Of a stretch of 64,000 nt of DNA, positions 22,055 to 32,624 are shown in pieces. Positions within the stretch are counted from its first letter, which is position 1. Each line of letters opens with the position of its first letter. A model generated the notes under the pieces. The model worked only from the letters and a program-made list of their open reading frames with translations, searched no databases and was not told the origin of the DNA. Made by a program: the position numbers and the translations under genes. Origin of the DNA: an uncultured Phycisphaerales bacterium (GTDB lineage Bacteria > Planctomycetota > Phycisphaerae > Tepidisphaerales > Tepidisphaeraceae); NCBI GenBank assembly GCA_963844715.1, contig CAWJPJ010000007.1, positions 224,001 through 288,000 of the forward strand, read 5' to 3'.

Positions 22055-23181
22055 GGTTTGGGGGTAATCGAGCCGAGGACGACCCCTCGCCGCGCGCCGG
22101 TGGCGGCGGGGACATTTCCCGGCACGCCGTCCAAAGTTGCCGCGCCCAGGAGCGCGAAGGCGAGGGCTTCCTTCGCTGCGGATGGGATGCCGAATTCATC
22201 GACGGTGCGAATCTTTTTTCCAATCCGTTCCTGGAGAATCGACATGAGGGTTCCATTCTTCGTCCCCCCGCCGCTGGCGACGATTTCATCGACCGGGTAG
22301 CGCAAAACGGCATGGGCAATCACCTCGGCGGCAATCGCACAGGCCGTATGCACCAAATCCTCAAAAAGAGCTACGTCCCCTTTAATTAAAGGGGACGTAG
22401 CTCTTTTTGAGGCAGCGTTGAACAATTCGACCATCGCCGGGCCATCCGTTGACTTCGGCGGATTTTTGGAAAAATATTCCGCGGACAAAACCTCGTTCAT
22501 GATCGAATCAATCGGCTTTCCCCTTGCGGCGATTTTTCCGTCGAGATCGAAAGGCGGATTTCGATCGCGACATAAATAATCGCTCAAGCAATTTGCCGGG
22601 CCGGTGTCGAAGGCGATCACGTCGGCCAAGGCCGCGCCCGCCGGAAGGATCGTTACGTTGGCGATTCCGCCGAGGTTGAGCATGACGCGATTCAATTTTG
22701 CGTCGCGGAAGAGAAGATAATCGGCAAAGGGAACGAGCGGCGCCCCTTGCCCCCCGGCGGCGCAGTCGGCGCGGCGAAAATCGCTGATCACCGCGGCACC
22801 CACTTCGGCGGCCAGAAGAGCGGGATCGAGCCATTGAATGGTGTTGGGTGGATCGTGAAAGAGGGTTTGTCCGTGCGCGGCGACGGCCGCGAGATCAGCG
22901 GCGCTCAAACCGGCGGCGAGCAAAGATTCATTCACGGCCGCCGCGTAGCAAAGGGAAATTTCCCGCGCGATTTCAGCCAAATTCGCCAAGACCGTTATTC
23001 CCTCTTGGCGTATTTTTCCAATATCGCGGCGCAGCGCCTCGGGATAAGGGCGATGCTGCCAATGAACCAGACGCGCGGACATCTGCATACCCGTTCCACC
23101 AATTCGCACTAGGGCGACATCGACGCCGTCGGCGCTGGTGCCGCTCATGGCTCCGGCGATGAGGCGGTCCTCTTTTCCCAT
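22051..23181 (-). CDS. anmK: Anhydro-N-acetylmuramic acid kinase
   Basis: GAMSGTSADGVD, HGQT, DFRRADCAAGGQGAPLVP, FDTGPAN, KEALAFA. Confidence 0.95.
   Translation of the reverse strand: MGKEDRLIAGAMSGTSADGVDVALVRIGGTGMQMSARLVHWQHRPYPEALRRDIGKIRQEGITVLANLAEIAREISLCYAAAVNESLLAAGLSAADLAAVAAHGQTLFHDPPNTIQWLDPALLAAEVGAAVISDFRRADCAAGGQGAPLVPFADYLLFRDAKLNRVMLNLGGIANVTILPAGAALADVIAFDTGPANCLSDYLCRDRNPPFDLDGKIAARGKPIDSIMNEVLSAEYFSKNPPKSTDGPAMVELFNAASKRATSPLIKGDVALFEDLVHTACAIAAEVIAHAVLRYPVDEIVASGGGTKNGTLMSILQERIGKKIRTVDEFGIPSAAKEALAFALLGAATLDGVPGNVPAATGARRGVVLGSITPKP
22359..22412. repeat. Perfect 54-bp palindrome (REP/REPIN-like) inside anmK
   Basis: CCTCAAAAAGAGCTACGTCCCCTTTAA|TTAAAGGGGACGTAGCTCTTTTTGAGG. 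Confidence 0.95.
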
Positions 23182-24847
23182 CAAGGTACTTTAACGCCTG
23201 TCGCGATGGAGTGCCGCACGGCAAGGATTTGGAGTTCCGGCGCATTTGTTGAACGGGCACAATCCAATTCCCGTCGGCCGGCTGGCGAAAAATCCGCATC
23301 GTCGGATACCAGGGCGAATCCCGGCGATCGAGGAGCCAGCGATAATCCGTCAAAAACGGGTTGACTATCCAGACGGGTTTCCCCATCGCGCCCGCCAGAT
23401 GGGCTGGGGCCGTATCGACGGAAATCAGCAGATCAAGATGCGTCAATAAACCGGCGGTATCCGCAAAGTCGGCGATGTCGCCGGAAAGATCGATCAGATT
23501 CATCCCAAGCGGCGGCGTTTGGGAAGCCTCGGGCCCGAACTGGAGGCTGAAGAAACGCACACTATGGACATCGGCCAGCGGAGCGTAGACATCCAGTACG
23601 CGCGTTCTTATGTCGCTACGGGCCGCCCTACCGGACCAGACGAGCCCGACTTTCAGCTCGCCGCCGCGGGGAATCTTGTCCCGAAATTTCTCGATCCGAT
23701 CCGGAGGAGCGACCAGACGCGGCTCTTGCGCGGGGACGTTGCCAACCGTGGTGCGGAAAATCCGCGGCAGGCTCAGCACGGAAATGTAATAATCGTACTG
23801 CGGCAGCGGCTGGCCCCGGGGGATCAGTTTCCAAACACAGGGAACTTGGCGGAAGAGTTCCAATAAAGCGGGATGACATTCCAAAATGACCTTGGCGCCG
23901 CTGGCCGCGGCGAGCGGAACGTAGCGGATAAAATTGATCTCGTCCCCGTGACCGCCGTCGGAGAAAATGAGAAGTGTTTTCCCGGCGATGGGCGAACCAT
24001 CCCAAAGTGGTTGGCCGGATTCGCCCAGTTCCGGGCGATGATCGCGCGGCCGCCATTCGGCCTCGGTCCAGCCTTCGTCCCACAGACCCAAGGCAAGGAG
24101 CGACCAGGCCAGGGACCAATGGGCGGCGGCGTCCTGCGGCGCAAGCGCGACCAGACGCCGCAAGACGGCGACGTTTTCCTCGCGTCGGCCGCTGGTGACA
24201 AAAATTCGCGACATGGCGCTCAGAACGGACAATCGCGTTAGATCGAGATCAAGAGCGCGGCGATAAGCCTCCAGCGCCGGTTCCGTCTGCCCCGACTCGA
24301 CCAACGCGTTGCCGAGGGTCTGCCAACCAGAAGCCCAATCCGGCCGCAGACGGCACGCTTCCCGAGCCACGACGATCCCATCCGAATATCGGCCCAATTT
24401 GCACAGCACGTTGCCAAGATTGATATGTGCGGCGGCATGATCGGGATGCTGGTCGATCAACCAGCGATAGACAGCGACCGCCGCGTGCAAATCCCCATCG
24501 TCATGCAGAGCACCAGCGAGATTGAACGCCGCTCCTGGAAAATCCGCGTTCAATTCCAGCGCCCTGCGGTACGACGCGATGGCCTCGGGTCGTCGATCCA
24601 ACGATTCCAGCACAACTCCGAGGTTGTGATGGTAACCCGCGCGATCGGGCTGCTGGGCGATGGCGCGATGAAGAAAGGGGACCCCCTCGGATGCTCGCTG
24701 AAGTAAAAAGAGAACCAGCCCTAGGCCATAGAGGGCATCAGGATTGTCGGGGTCGGATTCGAGAATCTTTCGATAGAGGGCTTCGGCTTCCGTCAGTCGC
24801 CCGGATTGATGGCACTGTTGAGCTTGGTTGAGATTTTGCTCGGACAT
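23181..24847 (-). CDS. TPR repeat protein with C-terminal GT-B (GT9-like) domain, frameshift near 23245
   Basis: ~7 TPRs, then WDGS...GHGDEINF...SVDTAPAHLAGAMG...SPWYPTMRIFRQ; the corrected frame ends in TGATG overlapping the anmK start. Confidence 0.82.
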
Positions 24848-25063
24848 CGTCCAATCGTCTGCTGGAAGCGCAAGATCGGCCTGCGGTCGCATTGATTATG
24901 CCCGCGCAGGCGCGCAGTTTCACCATGGCTATTCATGAACGGTTCGTCGCATCGCTAAAATCGGCGGGAACCTTGCCCAAACTGACAATCCCGGAAAACC
25001 TCGCCGCTCTCAGGTCTGGTTTTGGATATAATCCGCCGAGCACATTTTTTGGAGGCTCTGTTC

Positions 25064-25399
25064 ATGGCCGATCAGGAGAAAAAGACCGATGGGGGCGGGA
25101 CGGCGGTGGCCAAACCCAAGGGGGATCGCAAGGCCGCGCCGAAGAAGAAGCCGCCGAAGCATCTACCGCTGTGGAAGGTGCTGCTGCACAACGATGACAA
25201 GAGCGACATGATGTTTGTGATACAGACGATCGTCGCGCTGACGCCACTGAACGAGCAGGACGCGAAAATGCGCATGCTCGAAGCGCACGAAACGGGCGTC
25301 GCGCTGCTCCTCACGACCCACAAGGAGAGGGCGGAACTATACAAGGATCAGTTTGAATCGAAGGGGCTGACTTGCACGATTGAGCCGGATGAGGGGTAG
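25064..25399 (+). CDS. clpS: ATP-dependent Clp protease adaptor
   Basis: WKVLLHNDD..MMFV, MLEAHETG, LTCTIEP; RBS GGAGG. Confidence 0.93.
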   Translation: MADQEKKTDGGGTAVAKPKGDRKAAPKKKPPKHLPLWKVLLHNDDKSDMMFVIQTIVALTPLNEQDAKMRMLEAHETGVALLLTTHKERAELYKDQFESKGLTCTIEPDEG

Positions 25400-25413
25400 G
25401 GGTCAAAGCCGGT

Positions 25414-25469
25414 AATCCGAAACCAGAAATCCGAAAAAAAGATCTTTTGGTCGCGGAGTTATTCGGATT
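25414..25469. repeat. Heptamer repeats (AATCCGA/AACCAGA/AATCCGA) with one inverted TCGGATT copy
   Basis: Between the convergent clpS and aat genes. Confidence 0.5.
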
Positions 25470-26087
25470 TTCTTGCGTAGGTTTCCTCGACAAATTGGCA
25501 TTCCCTTTTGAGGGCTTTTCGCAGGCGGCGAGATATTCCCTGGCGGAGATGTCGGTGCAGCCGAATTTCTGTAGATGGGGAGTCGTCGCCTGGGTGTCGA
25601 GGAGTTCGTAGCCTCTGGCTTGGAGTCTGCGGACGAGATGGACGAGGGCGACTTTGCTGGCGTCGCGGACGTGGTGGAACATGCTTTCACCGAAGAAGGC
25701 GGCGCCGAGGCCGACGCCGTAGAGTCCGCCGGCGAGCTGGCCATCCTTCCATGCTTCGACGCTGTGGGCGAAGCCGAGTTCGTGGAGGTGGGTGTAGGCG
25801 GCGATAAGCTCTTCGCTGATCCAAGTTCCCTCGGGACGATTGCGGGCGCAGGCGCGCATGATCGCGGGAAAATCGTGGTTGAAGCGGATTTCAAAACCGC
25901 CTTGCTCGGTGGATTTTGCGACCAGCGGGCGGAGAGAATGGGGGACGTGGAAGGAGTCGAGCGGCATGACGCCGCGCGGGTCGGCGGTGTACCACCCGAC
26001 TCGCCCATCGCGGCCGGCCATGGGAAAGAGACCCTGGGTGTAGCCGGAGAGAAGAGTCTGGGGATCGAGGGAGATCGTGCCGGACAT
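25459..26087 (-). CDS. aat: Leucyl/phenylalanyl-tRNA--protein transferase, frameshift near 25525
   Basis: YTQGLFPMA, TWIS, AHSVEAW, GGLYGV, FFGESMF, ASKVAL, LLDTQ. Confidence 0.93.
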
Positions 26088-26110
26088 GGGGGTTGATTGT
26101 AACAAGAGAG

Positions 26111-26142
26111 AGACGTAGAGACGGAGAGACCAAGAGACGAAG
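26111..26142. repeat. Octamer tandem repeat (AGACNNAG)x4
   Basis: AGACGTAG AGACGGAG AGACCAAG AGACGAAG. Confidence 0.8.
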
Positions 26143-26248
26143 AGGCGGGGCGTGCCATCGGTTTATTCAGTTTGTTGCATATTGATTAAATCCGGGCGCC
26201 GCGGCGGGGGCGATGGCCTCGGGCGTTGCCCGCGCATAAAGTTGCCGC

Positions 26249-27334
26249 ATGGGCCCTTCCGATCCTCCCAAGGCAGTTCAACTGTCGATCCGCGGGCGCG
26301 GGGCGGGGGTGAATCCGGCGAACCGGTTTGAGCCTTTGGATATCGAGTGCGATCCCGAGGGCTTTGAGCCGGATGCCCCGCCGCCGAAGACGGTTTATCT
26401 CAACGACACCACGCGCTCGATCATCGCGCGGAACGATAGCCCGGACGTGGGATTTTATGCCAGCATCAACGTATATCGCGGGTGCGAGCACGGGTGCGTC
26501 TATTGCTTCGCGCGGCCGTTTCACGAATACCTGGGGTTTTCGGCGGGGCTGGATTTCGAAACGAAAATCCTGGTGAAGCAAAACGCTCCGGAACTTCTGC
26601 GGCGGGAATTATCCAGCAAGAAATGGGAGCCGCAGGTTTTGCAGATCAGCGGGATCACCGATTGCTACCAGCCGATCGAGCGCAAGCTGCAACTGACGCG
26701 GCGCTGCCTGGAAGTGGCGGCGGAGTTCCGCAATCCGATTTCCGTCATCACCAAAAATTCGCTGGTTCGCCGCGATATCGACATTCTTAAACAACTGGCC
26801 GACCATCAGGCGGTGGTGGTGCTGATCTCGATCACGTCGCTCGACGCGGATTTGACGCGCGTCATGGAGCCGCGAACGAGCATTCCGCGCGATCGGTTGC
26901 AGGCGGTGAAGGAGCTATCCGCCGGCGGGATTCCTGTGGGGATCATGGCCGCGCCGCTGATTCCGGGATTGAACGACCACGAAGTCCCGGCGATTTTGCG
27001 TGCGGCCGCCGATGCGGGGGCGTGTTATGCGGGGTTCACGCCGCTGCGGCTTCCCTATGCCGTGGCGGATATTTTTTCGGACTGGCTTACGCGACATTTT
27101 CCGGACCGGAGGGAGAAGATTCTGAATCGCATTCGCTCTTTGCGCGGGGGAAAACTGAACGATCCGAACTTCGGGACGCGGATGAAGGGCCAGGGAATCT
27201 GGGCCGAGCAATTGAAGGCGGTGTTTGAAATGGCCCGGAAAAAAGCGGGCCTCGACAAACCTTTCCCAAAGCTGTCGACGGAGGCTTTTCGCAGGCCCGA
27301 AGAGCCGAACCTTTGGCAAATTACGCCGGCTTGA
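26249..27334 (+). CDS. Radical SAM protein, PA0069/SplB-like family
   Basis: NVYRGCEHGCVYCFAR, TDCYQPIER, ITKN, PLIPGLND. Confidence 0.9.
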   Translation: MGPSDPPKAVQLSIRGRGAGVNPANRFEPLDIECDPEGFEPDAPPPKTVYLNDTTRSIIARNDSPDVGFYASINVYRGCEHGCVYCFARPFHEYLGFSAGLDFETKILVKQNAPELLRRELSSKKWEPQVLQISGITDCYQPIERKLQLTRRCLEVAAEFRNPISVITKNSLVRRDIDILKQLADHQAVVVLISITSLDADLTRVMEPRTSIPRDRLQAVKELSAGGIPVGIMAAPLIPGLNDHEVPAILRAAADAGACYAGFTPLRLPYAVADIFSDWLTRHFPDRREKILNRIRSLRGGKLNDPNFGTRMKGQGIWAEQLKAVFEMARKKAGLDKPFPKLSTEAFRRPEEPNLWQITPA

Positions 27335-28067
27335 TCAATTTGCAGCGGACGACGGCGGTGAAGAACTCGCGGGTCAGGGCGTTGTGAAAGAATCGCAGCT
27401 TGCGAATCGGGGCGGCGTCCAGATATTCCACCTTGAACTTGGTCTCGGCGACGAGTTGCTCGAATCGCTTGATGGTCATCTGATTCAATCCCCCCTCGAC
27501 TTCGCTGAAGCGGGTTGCGCCGTCGTTGCGGATGTCGTTGCGCCAGCGGATGAGGGCTTTTTCGGAAAAGATGACGTGCGCCCAGGGAAAGGGGGAGAAG
27601 AGGTGCCCGCCGCGCGGGTGATACCAGGCGGGCCCGAAGCTGATGTAGACCACGCCGCCGGGGCCGAGGAGCTGGTCGATTTTTTTGAGCACGCCGGCGG
27701 GATCGCTGAAATGCTCGAAGGCGTCGATGCTGATGACGGCGTCGACGACGCCGGGATAGTCGGTGACGAATTCGCACTTGTCCTGGACGCCGGCGGCGGC
27801 GGCGTTCTGCCGCGCTTTTTCGAGGATGGAGGGGCGAAGATCGAGGCCGATGACTCGCGCCGCGCCCGCCTGGGCGAGTTCAACGGACTCGTTCCCCGCG
27901 CCGCATCCAAAATCGAGGACCGTTTTCCCCTTAAGCCAGTCTAAGACTTTTTCCCCGAGGAGAATTCTGGTTTTGTTGCGGCCCTTATACGGCTCGACGG
28001 TGGTGGCGACGACCTGGTCACCGGGCGCGACGTGCTTCAGAATCCAATATTGAAACCCGTCCAACAT
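27321..28067 (-). CDS. Class I SAM-dependent methyltransferase
   Basis: VLDFGCGAG, DAFEH, GGHL. Confidence 0.88.
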   Translation of the reverse strand: MLDGFQYWILKHVAPGDQVVATTVEPYKGRNKTRILLGEKVLDWLKGKTVLDFGCGAGNESVELAQAGAARVIGLDLRPSILEKARQNAAAAGVQDKCEFVTDYPGVVDAVISIDAFEHFSDPAGVLKKIDQLLGPGGVVYISFGPAWYHPRGGHLFSPFPWAHVIFSEKALIRWRNDIRNDGATRFSEVEGGLNQMTIKRFEQLVAETKFKVEYLDAAPIRKLRFFHNALTREFFTAVVRCKLIKPA

Positions 28068-28106
28068 CAGTGGTTTTGTCGAAGAAAGGCTCGTTCGGCG
28101 GGGATG

Positions 28107-29055
28107 TTACAGGGGCGCGGGCGACGGCACAATCCGTGCAATTTTCTCAAAAAAGTCGGCGATCCGACGCGTATATTGCTCGGCATCCCACGCCAATCCC
28201 ATCAGATGGTGCACGCCCTGGATTTCCCAAAAGACATTTCCGTCACGCTCCACGGCGGTGCGCAACGCCTTTGCATCTTCCATCGGAACAAAGGGATCGT
28301 CGCTGTAGCTGATCGCCATGATGGGGCAGGTGATTTTCGGGATGAGATCGATGGGCCGCACCGCCGAAAAGTCACACCGGGCTATTTTTTCCGCGGCCCA
28401 CAGGGACAGGCGCTGGAAGTGCGTGCCGGGCAAACCGATCCGATCGGCCTGATGGGCGATCGCATGGGAATAATCGGCGAAAGTCGATTCGAGAACGACG
28501 GCAAATAAATCGTTGCGCGTCGCGGCTGTGGCAGTGGCGACGGCGGCGCCGAGGCTTGCCGAAAAGGACCAATTGGCGGGTTTGGTCCGGCCGCTGGGCA
28601 CGAAGTTGATCGATCACCTGGTTGACATCGTGCCGCTCCCAGAACCCTGCCGTGCAATATTTCCCCTCGCTTTGGCCATGGGCGCGCAGATCGAGGGCGA
28701 GGATGTGAAATCCCATGGATTGAAGCATGGGGGCCCAGGCAATCGATCCGACCTTGGCATCGGCATAGCCGTGCAGCAGAACGACGCATTTCTGGGACGG
28801 GATGGGATTGGGAATCCACCAGGCGGCAAGATTCAATTTGTTCCCGGTCGATTCGTCCAATACGGAAAATGTCTGATCCTGGAAATCCATCCCGAGATCC
28901 GAGGGATACAGCCGCCGCAGACGCACCAGAGCCCGGGCATCGTTCATTCTCGGCGGGCATAGGAGCATCAGGGCGACGATCCAGACGAGTGCGATCGCCA
29001 GAACGGCACCCAGCGCAACGATGATCGCCGCCAAGTTGAGCCAGGGAGCGGACAT
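28107..29055 (-). CDS. Membrane-anchored alpha/beta hydrolase, frameshift near 28560
   Basis: LLHGY, DLRAHGQSEG, (G)xSLG at the frame junction, DDPFVP, C-terminal His. Confidence 0.85.
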
Positions 29056-29157
29056 AAGTCTGGATGATACCCGGCGTGAAGAAGATTCAAGCGGAGATAG
29101 GAAGCCGTCCGATAATTGCATAGTAGCAAAATCTGCAAACCGAGCATGGAGGCTGCT

Positions 29158-29526
29158 GTGAAACTGGCAATTGGATTAATGGGCGTGACGATGCTGGGCC
29201 TGGTGGGCTGCCAAAGCAGTGACAATTCAAAACCCTCGGCGGATGCGTCGACGCTGGATCTTTCCGCGCCATCCTCCCCGAGCCAGTCGGCGTACGCGCC
29301 GCCGGTCGATACGCCCGGGCCGGATGTGACGGCGACGCCGTCCACCCCGGCAATGAGCGCGGTCCCCTCCTCCTCGAACACCTACACGATCAAGCCGGGC
29401 GATACGCTCTGGAAAATTGCCGCCGAGCACTATGGCGACGGCCGCAAGTGGAAACAGATCGCGGATGCCAATCAGGGATTGGAGCCGAGCAAACTGAGGA
29501 TCGGACAGTCGATTACGCTGCCGTAG
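29158..29526 (+). CDS. LysM domain lipoprotein
   Basis: Lipobox LVGC, P/S/T-rich linker, YTIKPGDTLWKIA...IADAN...LRIGQSITLP; GTG start after GGAGG (alternative ATG at 29146). Confidence 0.88.
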   Translation: MKLAIGLMGVTMLGLVGCQSSDNSKPSADASTLDLSAPSSPSQSAYAPPVDTPGPDVTATPSTPAMSAVPSSSNTYTIKPGDTLWKIAAEHYGDGRKWKQIADANQGLEPSKLRIGQSITLP

Positions 29527-30514
29527 CTGAATCGCACAATGAGATTAAACGGGCCCGGGCGCGAGGCGCTCGGGTCTTTTTTTGGATTGAGCTGGGCGAG
29601 GAAGAGTCCCAGTTCGTAAAGCAGAACGAGCGGGATCATAAGGGCGATCGTGGCCGTGACGACATCGCCGGGCGTAAAGCCGCGGCGATGACGCAGAGGG
29701 CGAAATAGACATAGCGCCGCCAGGCCTTGAGGGTGCCGATATCGACAATCCCGAGCCGCGCCAAAGCCATAACGACCAGAGGCAACTGGAACGCCAGGCC
29801 GAACGTCAAAAGCAATTGCAAAACCAGATCGCAGTAATCGGGCAGCGTGAAATGCGTGGAGAGGAGGGAATCGGAGCCGAACGGAATCACACGGATTTTC
29901 CCGCCGCTGTACATCTTGAGACGATTCTCCGAAGCGTCGAACCAGATTTGCGACTCGGCGGGATTCGCCGGATCGCCCTGAAGGGTCTGCACGAAGCTGG
30001 GCTGAGTTGAATCGACGACGCTGGTTGAGAGATGCGTCAGCGGGGGCAGGGGAATGCCGACGGTGAACCGGATGAAAAACTGGAGGGACCAGGGGAGGAC
30101 CAGGAAATAAACGAACACCATTCCGGAAAGCAGAAGCGCGATGCTGAGCGGGATATATCGGGTCACGGCCCGCCGCTCGTGGGGATACAGGCCAGCGGAA
30201 ACGAACTGCCAGAGTTGATAGATGACCCACGGGCTGGCGATCGCCACGGCGACGATCAGGCTGATCTTGAGATAGACCATGAATCCGTCGGCAAGCTGGT
30301 CGGTGAAAATCTGCGGATTGAGGTCCGATTTCTGCAAGGCATCAAAAAGCGGGCGGCAGAAGATCGCCACCAGCCGCTGCCCCACCGCTAGGCAGACCAC
30401 CCCCACGACGGCCACGCCGAGCAAAGCCAAAATGATCCGGCGGCGAAGCTCCTCGAGGTGGTCCCCGATGGACATTTGGAATTGAGTGGGATCGAAATCC
30501 GCCTCGGAACGCAT
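29472..30514 (-). CDS. tatC: Twin-arginine translocase subunit TatC, frameshift near 29680; 3' end uncertain (29472 or 29545)
   Basis: MSIGDHLEELRRR, QLWQFVSAGLYPHER, FGLAFQLP, TPGD...MIPLVLLYE. Confidence 0.92.
29551..29583 (+). terminator. Putative intrinsic terminator after the LysM gene
   Basis: GC-rich hairpin GCCCGGGCGC-GAG-GCGCTCGGGT followed by a T run. Confidence 0.55.
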
Positions 30515-30538
30515 GAGGGGATTGTAATGCAGAATGGC

Positions 30539-30620
30539 AGAGACGGAGAGATTAGCAAAGGAACTGGCACCGCTACGGATTTTTCACTCCGTCTCTTCGT
30601 CTCTCTGTCTCTTAGTCTCT
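30539..30620. repeat. Octamer repeats of the AGACNNAG family in inverted arrangement
   Basis: AGAGACGGAGAGA ... CTCCGTCT CTTCGTCT CTCTGTCT CTTAGTCT; same family as 26111-26142. Confidence 0.75.
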
Positions 30621-30632
30621 AGATTTAGTACC

Positions 30633-30980
30633 TTAGGCGGCTGGGAGCGGATCGAATTCGACCGCGATTCGGTATCCCATGCTGCTGGGATCGCAGCGCA
30701 GGACACGCCCGAAGGCGTCCCAACCGCGAAGCGAACCGTTTGGCGGGAAAACCACGCTCAGGTGCTCGCCCGCCGCGACCGGATGATCGGCGATCGCCGA
30801 TAACCCGCCGAGCGAAAGGTCGCGCAACGCCAGGTTCAGACGCGGCGTGAGATGCGCGGGAATGCTGTGGTCCAGCCGACGGCCCGTGACCGAGGCGTGA
30901 AATTCCTTGCGCGGAAACATTCGCCGCTCCGACCCCAGGTCGGTGGACAAATGGGCGGGCATCTTCAGCAGGGCTACCAT
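30633..30980 (-). CDS. PilZ domain protein
   Basis: ERRMFPR (RxxxR) and DLSLGG motifs; RBS GAGGAG. Confidence 0.85.
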   Translation of the reverse strand: MVALLKMPAHLSTDLGSERRMFPRKEFHASVTGRRLDHSIPAHLTPRLNLALRDLSLGGLSAIADHPVAAGEHLSVVFPPNGSLRGWDAFGRVLRCDPSSMGYRIAVEFDPLPAA

Positions 30981-31128
30981 GGCTCAACGCTCCTCAGAAA
31001 TAACGACTGCGCTCCGGCAGCGCGGGAAACAATTTTCCCGTAAGCTCATCGGCCATAGTGGCGTAAAAGGTTATCCAGGTTCCTAAAAAGAGGCCCGCAT
31101 CGCTTCGGAAACGGCAAAATCACGCGGA

Positions 31129-32624
31129 ATGGTGCATTTGGTCGGGTCCGGTCCGGGCGATCCGGGGCTCATAACCTTGCGCGGAGCGAAATTATTGGAC
31201 CGTGCGGATGTGGTGGTCTACGACTTCCTTGCCAATCCCCGGCTGCTCAGGCTTTGCCCGCGAGCGGAACTGGTTTTCGTGGGGAAGAAGGCGGGCGAGC
31301 ATTCGATGGCGCAGGAGCAGATCAATGCCCTGCTGGTGGAAAAGGCTCGTCAGGGGAAGCGCGTGGTCCGGCTCAAAGGGGGCGATCCGTATGTTTTCGG
31401 ACGTGGGGCCGAGGAATGCCAGGCGCTGGCGGCGGCGGGGATACCGTTTGAAGTCGTGCCGGGGGTGACCAGCGCGGTTGCCGCGGGGGCATACGCGGGA
31501 ATTCCAGCGACCCATCGCGATTTCAATTCCACGTTCACGCTGGTAACCGGGCACGAAAAAGAGGATGAGCCGAGCGACATCGCCTGGGGCGCGCTGGCGA
31601 AATTGCCTTGCCTGGCGTTTTACATGGGGATGAAGGCGCTGCCGAATATTTGCCGGAAACTGATCGAGAATGGGATGGATGGGAATATGCCCGCCGCGGC
31701 GATTTCGTGGGGCACCCTCCCCCGCCAGCGCGTGGTGACGGCAACTGTGGCGACTCTCGCTGAAAAGGTTCAGCAGGTGGGGTTGGAAGCGCCGGTGGTG
31801 ACCATCGTGGGGAAAGTCGTGATGCTGCGGGAATCTCTCGACTGGTTCTCGAAGCGGCCGCTGCTGGGAAAGAGAATTGTCGTCACGCGCACGCGCATGC
31901 AGGCGAGCGAGCTGGCTGAAAAGCTGGAGGAGCTTGGGGCCGAGGTAATGGAGGCGCCGACCATCGAAATTGGGCCCGCGCCGGACAGCAAGGCCGTGGA
32001 TGATGCGCTCCTGGAAGCGGGGAAATTCGACTGGATTGTCTTCACGTCCGCCAACGGGGCATCCGCCGTCAAAAAAAGATTGTGGGATTTGAAAAAAGAT
32101 GCGCGAATATTTGGAAACGCGAAGATCGCCGTCATCGGGGAGGCGACGGCGCGGGCGGTCGAACAGGAATTGTGCCTGCAGGTGAATTGCTGCCCGAAAC
32201 GGTTTGTGGCTGAAGCGTTGGCGAAGGAATTAATCTCGTCCGGCCAGACCAAGGGGAAGCGTTTTTTGCTCCTGCCGCGGATCTGGGACGGCCGGAACTG
32301 GTTCACATGCTCGAAGGCGGCGGAGCCGTGGTGAAGGACGTGACGGTTTACGAAACGCGTTCGGTCGCTCAATTGCCGGCGGAAGTGACCGAGGCGCTGG
32401 CCCACGGTCAGGTCGACTGGATCACGTTCACCAGCAGCAGCACGGCCAAAAATCTGGCGGCTCTTTTGGGGGCGAACTATCGGGATCAACTTCGGGGAGT
32501 GAAGCTGGCCAGCATCGGGCCGATTACCACGAGAACACTGGTGGAATTAGGATTGAACCCGCAGGTCGAGGCCGAGACGTATGACATCCCCGGGCTGGCG
32601 GCGGCAATGGCGGCACACAAATGA
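31129..32624 (+). CDS. cobA: Uroporphyrinogen-III C-methyltransferase / uroporphyrinogen-III synthase fusion (CobA-HemD), frameshift near 32280
   Basis: GSGPGDPGLIT, RLKGGDPYVFGRG; HemD half FTSANG, FTSSST, SIGPIT. Confidence 0.92.

Noticed and set aside
22973..23245. C-terminal extension of the TPR-GT protein overlapping anmK by ~200 bp
   Set aside because: A shifted frame ends in a clean TGATG overlap at 23181, so the extension is an indel artefact.
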